Shown here in pieces: positions 51,752 through 62,864 of a stretch of DNA of 64,000 bases. Position numbers and translations under genes: made by a program. The DNA is taken from assembly GCA_036785375.1 (NCBI GenBank), contig JAWMAR010000015.1, positions 3,224,001 through 3,288,000 of the forward strand, in the 5' to 3' direction. The notes beneath the pieces are model-generated. The model did no database searches. It was given only the letters and a program-made list of their open reading frames with translations, and was not told the DNA's origin. This DNA comes from Leucoraja ocellata (lineage: Eukaryota). Positions within the stretch are counted from its first letter, which is position 1, and each line of letters starts with the position of its first letter.

Positions 51752-52399
51752 TAAGCATCAAGGATGAAAAAGATGGAGATTTTTTTCAGACGTTTCTGAA
51801 AGGCTCCCAAGTCAGTCAAAGGTTTTTTTGCATCCACATCTTAAAAGATAATGGTGACGACATTTATTATACGAGTATTAGATCACAAGTCACAGGAGCA
51901 GAATTAGGCCATTGAGCCCAGAGTCTGTTCTGCCTTTTGATCATGGCTGACATATATTCACCAGCAAATTTATGGAACAATGTTCATACTGTTACTTTAA
52001 AACCTAGTCTATTAGAATTCTTGATGGGCTCAAAAAACTGTATGTTTACGCAATGTCTGTTTCATTTTGTGGCAAAACATTTGTAATTGATGTTTTGGAC
52101 TGATTTGAATTCAAATCACAGAAGTCAGGCAATAAAAAGGAAAAATAAAATGCAAGAAATACTCAGCTGATTAAGCAGCTCAGTAATGAGAATCTGGCAT
52201 CCAAATTCTTGGATCTGGCAACAGGTTAAACTAAAACATTAATAACTGTTTCTGGACAGTTAACTGCAGGCATCACAGCCACCAACTTCACCCCTCTTCT
52301 CTGCAAGCTGACCGAGACTGAATCAGCCATTCACAGCTTCAACACACCAACCATTTTTCTTCAATTTGTCCTGCTCAGTACTTCCTGTCATTGGTTCAA

Positions 52400-52527
52400 A
52401 TGTAGCAAAAAAAAAATCTGCAGCTGCTGGAATCTTAAGCAAAAGTGCCAGAAAAACTCAACAGGCGAGGCAACATTTGTTGAGAAAATTGACAAATGCC
52501 GTTTTGGGTCAGGACCTTTCCTCAGAA
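52400..52527 (-). mobile_element. Single arm of a Penelope-derived foldback with a degenerate hammerhead core
   Basis: Minus strand reads tctgaggaaaggtcctgacccaaaacggc. Confidence 0.6.
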
Positions 52528-53450
52528 AGCCTTGGCTACTCCTGATATGAACAGATCCCATCATTTTTTTCACCTTAAACAGAAGAACAGCAAACACAAA
52601 AACTGCAATACAGCCAACAAATTTATAGCAAGATTAACTCAAGGCAAATACTAACTTCAGAAAAGGAGAGAGCTCCAAAGACTGCTGTGAAGGCAGCAGC
52701 AGCTGATCTAGTTATCTGCAAGCATCTCAAGGCCACCAAAGTTATCTTTCCCTTTGTAAACTATCCAAGGCCAAACCATGATATTGGTTTCGCTCAATGC
52801 TAGCTTCTAACCAATCTGCATTTGAATACTGTCCACCATCTACCTACATTAACCACAAGTCTGAACACTCCCCTCATCTGCTGCTGAAACATTTATCCAT
52901 CCCATTGAGATCAGTAACAACTCACCCATCTCAGGTCGTTAGACTTCCTCCCAAAATCTGAATCACTGTTTTAACTGGTACCGTTCTGTTAAGCACTTAT
53001 GCATTAATGACACTGATGCAAGTGTTCAGGGCAATCTGGTTGTGTTAAATTGACAAGTGGCAGAAGTAGAAAGCGATATATTTTTTAGCCAAAAATAACA
53101 ACCACCGTTGGTCTACAGTGGCTGGGGATGAAGGCCTGCCTTCCCAGGAAATGTTTTTAATATTACAATTTCCTGCATCCAGCACCTCACATTAAGAAAC
53201 AGGTTAAATGTTTTCCAAAAAGTTCAGAGTACAATTTTTATTTTGTACCTCAATTTTTTTTTTTGTAGTGATTGGTGAATCCTGTAAAGGAGAAACTTAT
53301 CCAAAACAGGTATAATGGGGTCACCTGTATAAGAAAATAGGAATTCTAGCGGATGTGGTTCAATTAAACCCAAACTAGCTCTAGCCTAATTTCCCCAGAG
53401 AAAAGCCTTTTTCCCCTCCTGTCAAACGCAATTTATATTTTTAACCTTAC

Positions 53451-53633
53451 CTATTTGTACACCTTTGTATCCATTGTTAGAGCCACGGTAAACATTACCA
53501 ATTCCTCTTCCACCACGTGCGGTTCCCCGTCCAGCATTTCTACTTCCAAAGTAGGCTTGATTTGGTCTTGGTAAAGTGCTTTGCGGATTGTGGGTTAAAA
53601 AAACCGGTGTTCCATTGGCAACAGATGTCGTTT
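53451..53633 (-). CDS. CAPRIN2: Caprin-2 RGG-containing exon (ETTSVANGTPVFLTHNPQSTLPRPNQAYFGSRNAGRGTARGGRGIGNVYRGSNNGYKGVQI)
   Basis: aag/gtaag boundaries, 183 nt, phase 1-1, RGG motif. Confidence 0.85.
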
Positions 53634-53778
53634 CTTCGGATTTGAAAAAACAATAAATTACAACATCTTTAGTTTACAACGACAAAGATGATCACAAGGC
53701 ATCAAGCAGATATAATCAACCACTTTAAACCTGGAAATATTGGTAGTCCTTGATATGGAAGAAAAGTGGATTTCAAAT

Positions 53779-54297
53779 GTTTAGTTTAGAGATACAGCAC
53801 AGAAACAGGCCCACCGACCAGTGATCCCCGCACACTAATGGTATCCTATACACATTAGGGACAATTTACAATTGTACCAAGCCAATTAACCTGTAAACCT
53901 GTACGTTTTTGGAGTGTGGAAGGAAACTGGAGATAACACACGCAGGTCATGGTGAGAACGTACAAAATCCATACAGATAGCAACTGTAGTCGGGATCAAA
54001 CCGGGGTCTCTGGCATTGTAAAGCAGCAACTCAGCCCCACAGCCATCAGGCTATTAAACTTCGCTCGGACAAAACTCTGATTATTAATAACCCATTATCT
54101 GTTATTTGCACTTTATCAGTTTATTTATTCATGTGTGTATATATTTACATTATGGTATATGGACACACTGATCTGTTTTGTAGTAAATGCCTACTATGTT
54201 CTGTGTGGTGAAGCAAAGCAAGAATTTAATTGTCCCATCAGGGACACATGACAATAAACTCACTTGAACTTGAACTCTACTGCTGCGCCACCGTGCC
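53779..54297 (-). mobile_element. HE1-like V-SINE interrupted by a LINE-tail insertion
   Basis: Head ggcacggtggcgcagcagtagag (54297 down) continues as ttgctgctttacaatgccagagacccc below 54032; (ctaaa)n tail at 53779. Confidence 0.88.
54033..54272 (+). mobile_element. Rex1/Babar-type 3' end inserted into the SINE head
   Basis: cacagccatcaggctattaaac...acacatgacaataaactcacttgaacttg; aactc duplicated at 54028-54032 and 54273-54277. Confidence 0.8.
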
Positions 54298-54364
54298 ACA
54301 CAAAGATTGTCAAGATGTTCACGTACACTTCCAATAGCAAGCTTCAATTGTGCAATTTTTTTAC

Positions 54365-54551
54365 CTGTTAAAGAATCTTGTGTCAGTGCGTTTTGCTCCA
54401 CTAGATGTGAAGACTGCAGAGAGGTGGACTGAGGTGGTGTCTGAGTACTAGCAGTTATCAAACTTTGGTTGTAGACAGGAGAATACGAGCGTTCAGATTT
54501 CACTTCCTGCTGCTCAACACGTGGAGGCAGGGGTGCATTAACTTTGAACAC
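54365..54551 (-). CDS. CAPRIN2: Caprin-2 exon (VFKVNAPLPPRVEQQEVKSE...TASTQTPPQ...DSLT)
   Basis: cag/gtaaa boundaries, 187 nt; VF.VNAPLPPR and TASTQTPPQ Caprin motifs. Confidence 0.93.
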
Positions 54552-55639
54552 CTGCAAGAGAACACATTAAGTTAACGACAATTCATCACAAATCATTTTC
54601 TTTAAAGTTGGACTTAAAACTCTGGACATTTTTAGCAGGATCCCCGATGCTTTTAATCCTCAGAATTTCCTTCCCACCCTAAAATTCAAAATGAGATGGA
54701 ATATTTGGATTCAGTTTGATTTCAGCTCGTCTGTTAAGAACAATTCATGAGTTTTTATGCCTCGTTATAACCTTCCCCTCAGCCAACAATGAACCATTCT
54801 ACATTTCCTCGAGCATAGTCTGCTTTGATATGTCATTTTCACACCTGATCCCTCCATATCTCTAGTTTCCCTCTCCCACATTAGCAAACCACTTCAGACA
54901 CTGGAAGCTTCTCCAAAACCTCGCTGATACAATAGTGATTGAAGCAGACCTCTTCCCTATAATCCCTCTTCAAAATTGTCCACAACACAACAGTTGATGT
55001 ACAATTTGTTAATTGCTCAGATTCAATCTCAGAAAAAAGAACATTGGGAATTAATTTAATACCCATTTCCAACATATTTAATATTGCAAATGTTAGCAAT
55101 TAAGTTCAAATAAAATAACTGGCATGAAACAAAAAAAATCCACATCAGTAAATTGCCAAGACACCAGCTCTATTCTGGACAACACATCTTTAGATGTTTT
55201 GAATCAAGGATCCAGATAAAATTTAAACAGAAGTCTTGTTTACAATAAGAATAGAATGGTTTGAAACACATGGGACCATTAAATAACTGTAGAAAGGATA
55301 TCATTACTTTTGGTTACAGTGGTTGGAGGTTTACATTCATTAAAACAACTTACATTTGCAGCATGAAAGATGCAATAAAGGCAAACAGCTACACTGGTAA
55401 TGTAATAAGCTCCAAGTTAAAAGGTTTGCAGTACAATTCTAATAATCAAAATGGTTTTCTTGTTAAAAACACCTGATCCAGACACAATGGAAAATATTAA
55501 TTGCTCTTTAACAGTAGTCTGGATTGCTATTGTGGAAAATCTGCCCAAATAATAATGCCTGGAAAAATACATTAAGCGTCTCAAAACATGCTCCCTCTAC
55601 TGCTGAGGCTGCAGAAGTGCATCCTGACCAAGCAAATGT

Positions 55640-55877
55640 CAAAGAGATACAAAAAGCCAGAGTAACTCAGTGGGTCAGACTGCATCTTTGGAGAAAAGGA
55701 ATAGGTGACGTTTCGGGTCAAGACCCTTCTTCAGACTCTCAATCTGAAAAAGGGTCTCAACCAGAAATGTAATCTATTCCTTTTCTCCAAAGATGCTGTC
55801 TGCCCTGCTGAGTTACTCCAGCTTTGTGTCTCTTTGGTTCTTTGGTTTAAACCAGCATCTGCAGTTCCTTCCTACAC
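55640..55877. mobile_element. Penelope-derived foldback element with two divergent hammerhead-like cores
   Basis: Arms of about 95 bp inverted around 55740; right terminus accagcatctgcagttccttcctacac. Confidence 0.85.
55703..55737 (-). ncRNA. Minimal hammerhead-ribozyme-like motif with intact core, sense to the CAPRIN2 pre-mRNA
   Basis: Minus strand agt-CTGAAGA-a-GGGT cttg ACCC-GAAACGTC-acct. Confidence 0.6.
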
Positions 55878-56379
55878 CAACCTCTATTCATCTTTTTAAA
55901 TTACCTGGACTTCTAATTCACATTCAAATCTTGCCCATTTTTTCATTAAAGCAAATGTATCAACTCAAACCAATGCTTTTATTCATCCTTGTTCCATTTT
56001 TGGATGTTCACCAATTTCCTTTAAAGGATCACGCCAAATATAATCAACAATCCTACATTCCACTCAGCATCCCCTGTGAAATTGCACAATAACAAACTCA
56101 ATCCTTCAGATAAAAAGCATGGCAAAACTGGGCCTAATTTACCTTTATAAAAAAAAATTTAAAATGTAACTTGCAAAATGACTAACTTTCCTTTTCAACC
56201 AGCATATGTTATGGTGTAATTTCTCTTCCTGTACTGGCAAGCTAGTAGAGAGTGCCAATGCCATCTCAACCAAGTATTTTGCTTTACGTGGTAAGCCTAA
56301 ATCAATGCCCTTCTTCGAATTCCTCCCTCTAGGAAGTATGTAAATATGAAGATGTCAGCCACCAGACATAAATGGCCTA

Positions 56380-56675
56380 GGGCAGCACAGTGGTAAAGTT
56401 GCTGCCTTACAGCGCCAGACTCTGGTTCAATTCTGATGACGGGTGTTGTCTGTACAGAGTTTGTACATTCTCCCTGCGACCGCGATGGGCTTTCTCCAGG
56501 TGCTCCAATCTCCTCCCACATTCCAAAGAAGTGCAGGTTTGTAGATTAAATTAGTTTTGGTAAAATTGTAAATTGTCCCTGGTGTATAGGATAGTGTAAG
56601 GGTACGGGAATTGCTGGTCAATATGGACTTGGTGGGCCCAAGGCCTATTTCCGTGCTGTATCTCCAAAGTCTAAT
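56380..56675 (+). mobile_element. HE1-like V-SINE ending about 70 bp from a CAPRIN2 splice donor
   Basis: gcagcacagtggtaaagttgctgccttacagcgccagac head, ggttcaattc B box, tail gctgtatctccaaag. Confidence 0.88.
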
Positions 56676-56745
56676 AGTAAAAATATATAGATAGGCAACA
56701 AGAGGTCAACCATGTCAAAGATTAAATCAGTCTCACGTCACTTAC

Positions 56746-56880
56746 AGTGTGCATAGACTGAAAAGGTGTAGTCTTTGTACTAATTGGAGAAGTGCTCACT
56801 GGTGTCTGAAGCACCGGTCCTTGGGATGCTGGTGTTATTGCTGTGCTTGAGGCAGTCTGGTCATTGGCCAAAGAGGTCAT
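56746..56880 (-). CDS. CAPRIN2: Caprin-2 exon (MTSLANDQ...KTTPFQSMHT)
   Basis: cag/gtaagt boundaries, 135 nt; PFQSMHT joins VFKVNAP as in the Caprin PFQ.MQTVFN.NAP motif. Confidence 0.88.
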
Positions 56881-57614
56881 CTGGTGGAATTGATAAGACA
56901 AGGAATAGTGAATCCAATAGACAGCAGTAAATTAGTTTCCAATCCAGATAATCAAAGCAATTAACTGTCAACATGCAGGAAGTTAGTCCATACTGACCAT
57001 AAACATACAACCAGCAAATGTAAAGCCTGGCTGGTTTTTAAAGCAGATTGCAATAAGTCTGATATTTGCAATAAGCAGATTGAAATAGAAAGTTGAAGTG
57101 GCAATATTTATTAATTGCACAATCAATACACAAAACATGATCAGATTGTAGTCAAAATAATCCCTTTAATTCCACGCACTGCAATAAAAACAATGCTAGA
57201 ACTCAGCCAGCGAAACACCATCCATGGAAAAATAAATTAGTTCATGTTTTGAGATGGCCACCCTTGCTCAACGGGGCTACAATGAAAGATCACCGACTGA
57301 AATATTGGTTTCCTTCCATGGATGGAGTTTGTCTGCTGATTTCTTCCAACAATTTTCTCACTGTACAAGTTAAGCATATTATCTCCTGAATAAACATCAT
57401 TGTGCAGTTTTCCATTAATATCAATATTGATCATGATTAAAATAGATTTTCCCTATGATTATTTTAGAACTACACATTTACTCGAATATTTTGCATTATG
57501 AACAATTAAGTAAATGAGGTTTGACAGATTTAACGATACAGTTGTACAAATGTAGTACTGTATAAATAAATTCAACAATTCCAAATTTCAGATGGAAAAA
57601 AACAAAAATCTCAC

Positions 57615-57728
57615 CTGATTTGATTCCAGTGACAAGTGTGTTAAAGATTCAGTAATGGGTGTACTGGTTTGATATACTTGGGGTGGAGTGGTGAACACTT
57701 CATTTTCTGAATTCTGTGCACTTGAAAC
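57615..57728 (-). CDS. CAPRIN2: Caprin-2 low-complexity exon (VSSAQNSENEVFTTPPQVYQTSTPITESLTHLSLESNQ)
   Basis: poly-T plus cag acceptor, gtgaga donor, 114 nt, phase 0-0, open frame. Confidence 0.72.
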
Positions 57729-58289
57729 CTGGCAAAAAAAGTAGTTCATACACATTGACCACTTAAGATATCTTAAGTGTACTTGTTTAGTGACTTCATC
57801 CACCCTTGGGGCTATGTACCTCCATGAAGTTCACATCTTAAAACAGACAGTTGAGAACATGAAGTGACTAAAGTGTTATTTTTTCCCCACAAGAGCCAAC
57901 TGGACAAATGTATAAACTCAAATGTATAAACTACAATGAAAATAAGTACAAGTGAGGAACTTCAATCCAATTAACAAACACAGGGGACCAAAGGTCAAGA
58001 TTGAAGCAATGGTGCAGAGCTCTGCAGATAACTAGGGTGAGGAAAGAGGGTACATATCAGAAGCACATGGCATTTTGGGATTTTTGATTTAGGATGATTT
58101 AAACCCGAAGCCTGCTGATGTATCAGCTCTTGCGTTCTAAACAACATAGCAAGTAGGATCACATGCTACATTATATTCAAGCAAAGGGCAACTAGCGTTT
58201 TCAGAACTTTAGATCAGTTTGCTAATGACTGAAAGCAAACGATTACCAAGTTTGTTGGGCAGAATCTATTTTATCAGATTAGAAATTGT

Positions 58290-58645
58290 CATGTGGGTGT
58301 ATGGAATGAGCTATCAGAGGAACTAGTTGAGGCAGGTACAATTACAGGTTTTGGACTTGCATGGATAGAATAGGTTTGGAGGAATAGGGTCCAAATGCAG
58401 GTAAGTGGGTCCAGCTTAGCTATCTTGGTCAGCTTGGGCAAGATGGACCAAAGTGCCCATTTCCATGCTGTATAACTATTCCCATCATCACCCTCACCAA
58501 AGCCACCTTTTAAACATGCAATCAAGGGATATGGGGGAAAAAGCTGGAACGGGGTACTGATGTTGGATGATCAGCCATGATCATATTGAATGGCGGTGCT
58601 GGCTCAAAGGGCCTACTCCTGCACCTATTTTCTATGTTTCTATTT
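58290..58645 (+). mobile_element. Two CR1-type LINE 3' ends in tandem
   Basis: gtatggaatgagct...atgctgtataactat, then caagggatatggggg...gatcagccatgatcatattgaatggcggtgctgg...(ttctatg)n. Confidence 0.8.
58372..58506 (+). repeat. 135-bp direct duplication, copy 1 (copy 2 at 62730-62864)
   Basis: 4 mismatches in 135 bp by manual alignment. Confidence 0.92.
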
Positions 58646-58790
58646 TCATCACCTGCGATCCCATATTTGTCATTTAATCTCCTCTACCCACCATCCCACA
58701 GACATACTTCCTTTCTAGGTGTACTTAAATAGATGCTGTTCAAACCAAGCATTGAATATATTCCATGTTAAATTATCAAAATTAGCTTAC

Positions 58791-58880
58791 CTGGGGAGAT
58801 GCAAAATCAGATAATGAAGACTGGTCATCAGAACCAGAACTACCTCCAGTATTGGCAAGGACACTTATTTCTGTTGCAGG
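58791..58880 (-). CDS. CAPRIN2: Caprin-2 exon (PATEISVLANTGGSSGSDDQSSLSDFASPQ)
   Basis: tctttctcag acceptor, gtaagc donor, 90 nt, open frame and phase-compatible. Confidence 0.7.
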
Positions 58881-59024
58881 CTGAGAAAGAAACAGATTTT
58901 TACTCCATGGTCTTTTGCACTTGCAGGGCTACAGTGACAAGTCAGAAGCAAAGAAATTGCAGAAATAGCAAAAACCCAACATCTTTCACAGGCTAGGCAA
59001 AATCTCAGCTCGGGTGTACATTAC

Positions 59025-59509
59025 AGGGGCTGTCCCACGGGTGACCTAATTGGCGAGTTTAGCAGAGTTTGAAAAAAATGTAATGTTGAAGACCTCCTTC
59101 GACTATTTTGAATACTAGCTTCGACTAGCTAGGACTAACTTCGGGAAATTGGACACTGGATAGTGGAGAGTGAAGACGACCTCCTTCGATCTCCCTTCGA
59201 CTATGATGAAGACTATCTACAACTACCTTAGACTACCCTCGATTAACATGCCGACCTACTACGACTGAACCTACGAGTAAAAAAGTATAGATTGTTTCCA
59301 TGGCGACCTTTTTTACACGCGGGCATTTTTCAACATGTTGAAAACCCGCCGCGACCAAGCTGAGGCCTCGAGAACACGGGGACTACTCTCGAGCATGAAG
59401 GAGAGTTACAAAGACCTCCTATCACCTCGTGTCGACCATGTTGCGAATACGAGTTTGGGGCAAACGTGCCAGAACTCGCGGATTAGGTCGCCCAAGTGGG
59501 ACAGCCCCT
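59025..59509. mobile_element. PIF/Harbinger-like MITE, family A (inverted relative to 14376-14896)
   Basis: Perfect 14-bp TIR aggggctgtcccac / gtgggacagcccct; right flank TAA, left flank TAC; interior is the reverse complement of the 14.4-kb copy. Confidence 0.88.
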
Positions 59510-59681
59510 TAACTACCAGTGGAATCATTTGTTAGTCTTTAAATTGCAAGTCAAATCTACATGTACATTTGCCACATGTACAGTGTGACATACAGCATGT
59601 TAAATGCCAACCCCCCCCACACACACGTAACTGTAGCCTACAGTTCCAGCAACTTTAGTTTAAGGATAGAACCAGTCTTAC

Positions 59682-59731
59682 CTTGGATGGTGATGGAACA
59701 ATTTCTGTCTTTTGTTTTGGTTCTTTTAGAG
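59682..59731 (-). CDS. CAPRIN2: Caprin-2 short exon (ALKEPKQKTEIVPSPSK)
   Basis: poly-Y tag acceptor, gtaaga donor, 50 nt, phase 1-0 compatible with both neighbours. Confidence 0.72.
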
Positions 59732-60527
59732 CTAAACAAAGAAAAAAAAATGTTAAAACTGGCAGAACAGATAACTTAAACAATTCACTAGATATTGTTA
59801 CTCATGAAGCAAAATGAACAGCAGCAAGAGACCTTGTCCTGCCAAACATTAACCCTTCACCCACTGAATAGTAATTGGTTCATTACCTCTTTTCCACCTA
59901 TTGCTACAAGCAAGCTGGCCAACATTTCCTGTGTTCAAGAGTATTCTTCAAACATTGGACAAAAGGCACAATACACAAGTGCCACATTTCTCCTCTACAA
60001 TAATGCATTTGCATGCTGCATAACACATGCTGGACATGACAATATAGTCTGACAACATTTGTGGACATAGCAATGAAAACAATCGTTCACTCCCTTCGAC
60101 TGATATTTGGGAACTTTTAAAATATGCTGCACAAAATGCAATCAATACTCAACACCACAAGCTTAGGAAAATTTGGCCTCGTCTGCATGTATCCAAGTTC
60201 ATCACATTGCACCAGTATCATTGAGACAGACTAGTCTATTGAACTTCAACAATCAATTTAAAATAGTATCAGAATCCAATATACAAACGTTTACTTAACT
60301 CATTTACTAATGATCAGGCGAGTCATTTAGCCCAAGCATTTGATTAATTTTATACCAACAGATAATGCAATTCTAAAGGTTAAATATACAACAATACCAA
60401 AATTGCTTCACACCAGCACAAGAACCACACATCAATCAATTTGAGTACTACATTTGAATGCCCAGCTACAAGGATTTTTTTTAATTTTTTTAATTTTTTT
60501 TTAAAGTGTTGAAATAAAAGTAGAATT

Positions 60528-60680
60528 AAGGAACTGCAGATGCTGGCTTACCAAGGAAAGACAAAATGCAGGGACGACTCAGTGTCAGGCAGCATCGCCA
60601 GAGTTTATGGATAGGTGACATTTTGGATCAGGACACTTCTTTGTTCTGAAGGGTCCCGACCCAAAACATCACCTATCCAT
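60528..60680. mobile_element. Penelope-derived foldback element, partial
   Basis: aaggaactgcagatgctgg...tggataggtgacattttgg / tctgaagggtcccgacccaaaacatcacctatcca. Confidence 0.75.
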
Positions 60681-61649
60681 GTTAAAAATAACAAGATAGT
60701 TGAGAATTACAGGGTATTGAGGAGAGGGGATAGCAATGCATCAAGTAAAAAAAAAAAAAGGGGAAGTATGACAGGCAGGAAAAGCAAAGTCAAACAAACA
60801 ATGCAATCCAAGGAGGCTTCAAAAAGCAATCGGGTGCAAAAAGATGCATTAAGGCTACAGGAGATCAGACCAGTGCAAGAGACAAAAAGTCACTAAATGT
60901 TAAAGGGAATGGAGAGTTCACTGGAGAGGTTGGTCATGCAGCTGTTCGAAACAAAACAAAAATGCTGGTGAATTGTGTGAGAAAAATTCAAAGGGAAAAA
61001 AACAAGATAAGCATGGAATTTATATAGGCCATTATGGATTTTCAACCCAAAGCTTGCCTTGTATATTTAAAGGCCAATACTTCAAAATATCAGCTCTTTC
61101 TGCAAGAGACAAAATATTACATTCTGGCTACCAGATATTCAAGAAATAATCAGTGTTCGACAGCTCGATAAATTTATGTGGAAAGTCAATAGGTCATCAT
61201 ACAAAATGCTCTATTTCACACTCCAATGTACCTTCCAACAGAAGTGCGGGAGTCATTTTTTTTGCTCGTTTCCAACTAAATAGTTTTCCCAAATATAATG
61301 GGGGAGAAAAATGCAATCTAATCAGGTCAAGATGGCAGCAAAAAAACTAGATGCCATAATTGGTATTGCAATAGAATTACTACTGTAGTTGTCACATGCA
61401 ATATACTGGTGCTGTTACTCTACTCCCGACATTAAATCTGCTGGATAGCTAGCACTAGAAATTGTCACCTCAAAACTTTACCAAAACTACAACAACTGTA
61501 CGAGTAACAAGATCAGTTTAATTGTGTATTCGATTAGAATGGGCACCTGTTGGTTATCTACCAGTACATTTTAACATGCACTGCAAGTTAATATTGTATA
61601 ACTATGCTGCATCAGAGTCTTGGCAGGGAGAGGATAACAAGTGTCCTAC

Positions 61650-61731
61650 CTGCAGTGTTAAGTGATAACTGAGAACGCTTCTGTGGTCCAATAGCACTTT
61701 GTGAGGGGGCATCAGACTCCAATAATGAATC
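61650..61731 (-). CDS. CAPRIN2: Caprin-2 exon (DSLLESDAPSQSAIGPQKRSQLSLNTA); upstream exons lie beyond the window
   Basis: ctctag/gtagga boundaries, 82 nt, phase 0-1; resembles the ESVLDFD/DSMLDFE segment that follows the Caprin NFMQ/NFIQ motif. Confidence 0.75.
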
Positions 61732-62729
61732 CTAGAGTTTAAAAATTGGATCAAATTTCAGTTCAGCAGAACAAGGTTGAGAACTTATTTAACTTCTAAC
61801 AACTGAAGTCCACGCACAAATGACACCTTCTGGTAGTACAGACAGGTTTATAACATGTTTCGGTCACTTAGCTTTAAAAGTGAAGTCATGCAAAAACACT
61901 TCAAAGTACAACCAGTAATTCAAGCAAGTTGTTTAAATGACCAGCTGCAAAGACTATTTTGATCTCAGAACAGTGTACACATTGATAGATGGTTTAAAAT
62001 AAAACAAGGAGTGATCACATGTGGCAAAGAATGCTCTACTGCAGTCAAGGAAATAAAGGTAGACCAAAATGAATTCATTTCATTTTATTTATTTATTTAT
62101 TTATAAAAAAAAGAAGAATGTTTTTATTTATTTATTAGAAGTAATGTACATTACAGCGATAGAAGCCAAAAATAACCCAATACATTTCCTGTACCACTTC
62201 TTATTTTAAACCTTAGAAAGAAGGAAAGTAGAGAAATTTAGATAGGATAGCAAGTGCGTGAGAAAGTGATCAAGGGAGACCCGTAGAAACGTAAAACCTG
62301 AAGAGGAGATAAAAAGAAAATCAGAATTTTGAATGATTGAATTTAGACACTGAAAAATACATAGCAAGGCTGTGTGTTCAAGCATGGACACAGGAGGATT
62401 AAAGAGGCATGATTTGGCCAACTAGACCCCAATTAGTCTAGTCTCATCTTCCAGCAACACTGAACTTTTTCTACAGTTATTTGCATTCATTACCATTGGA
62501 TCAACTTTCCTTGCAGGAGTACATTACTGTTGAAAAGTGTTGGTAATGTGTGAACAAAACGGGAAAGCAGAATCAATGCTAAAGATTGGCCAGGATTATT
62601 GAATGGCACATCGTCCAATTGCCATTGGGCCTGCACCTGCTTCGATGCACATTTTAACATCCTGGATAACAAAACCAAAACTATATGTTTTCAATCTGTA
62701 GGACTGCTGAGGATTTATACATATAGCCC

Positions 62730-62864
62730 AGGTTTAGAGGAATAGGGTCCAAATGCAGGTAAGTGGGTCTAGCTTAGCTATCTTGGTAAGCTTGGGCAAG
62801 ATGGACCAAAGTGCCCATTTCTATGCTGTATAACTATTCCCATCATCACCCTCACCAAAGCCAC
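62730..62864 (+). repeat. 135-bp direct duplication, copy 2
   Basis: Matches 58372-58506. Confidence 0.92.

Noticed and set aside
58397-58408. Strong caggtaagt donor on the + strand (also near 62756) suggesting an antisense exon
   Set aside because: It lies within a decayed CR1 tail and I found no matching acceptor or ORF
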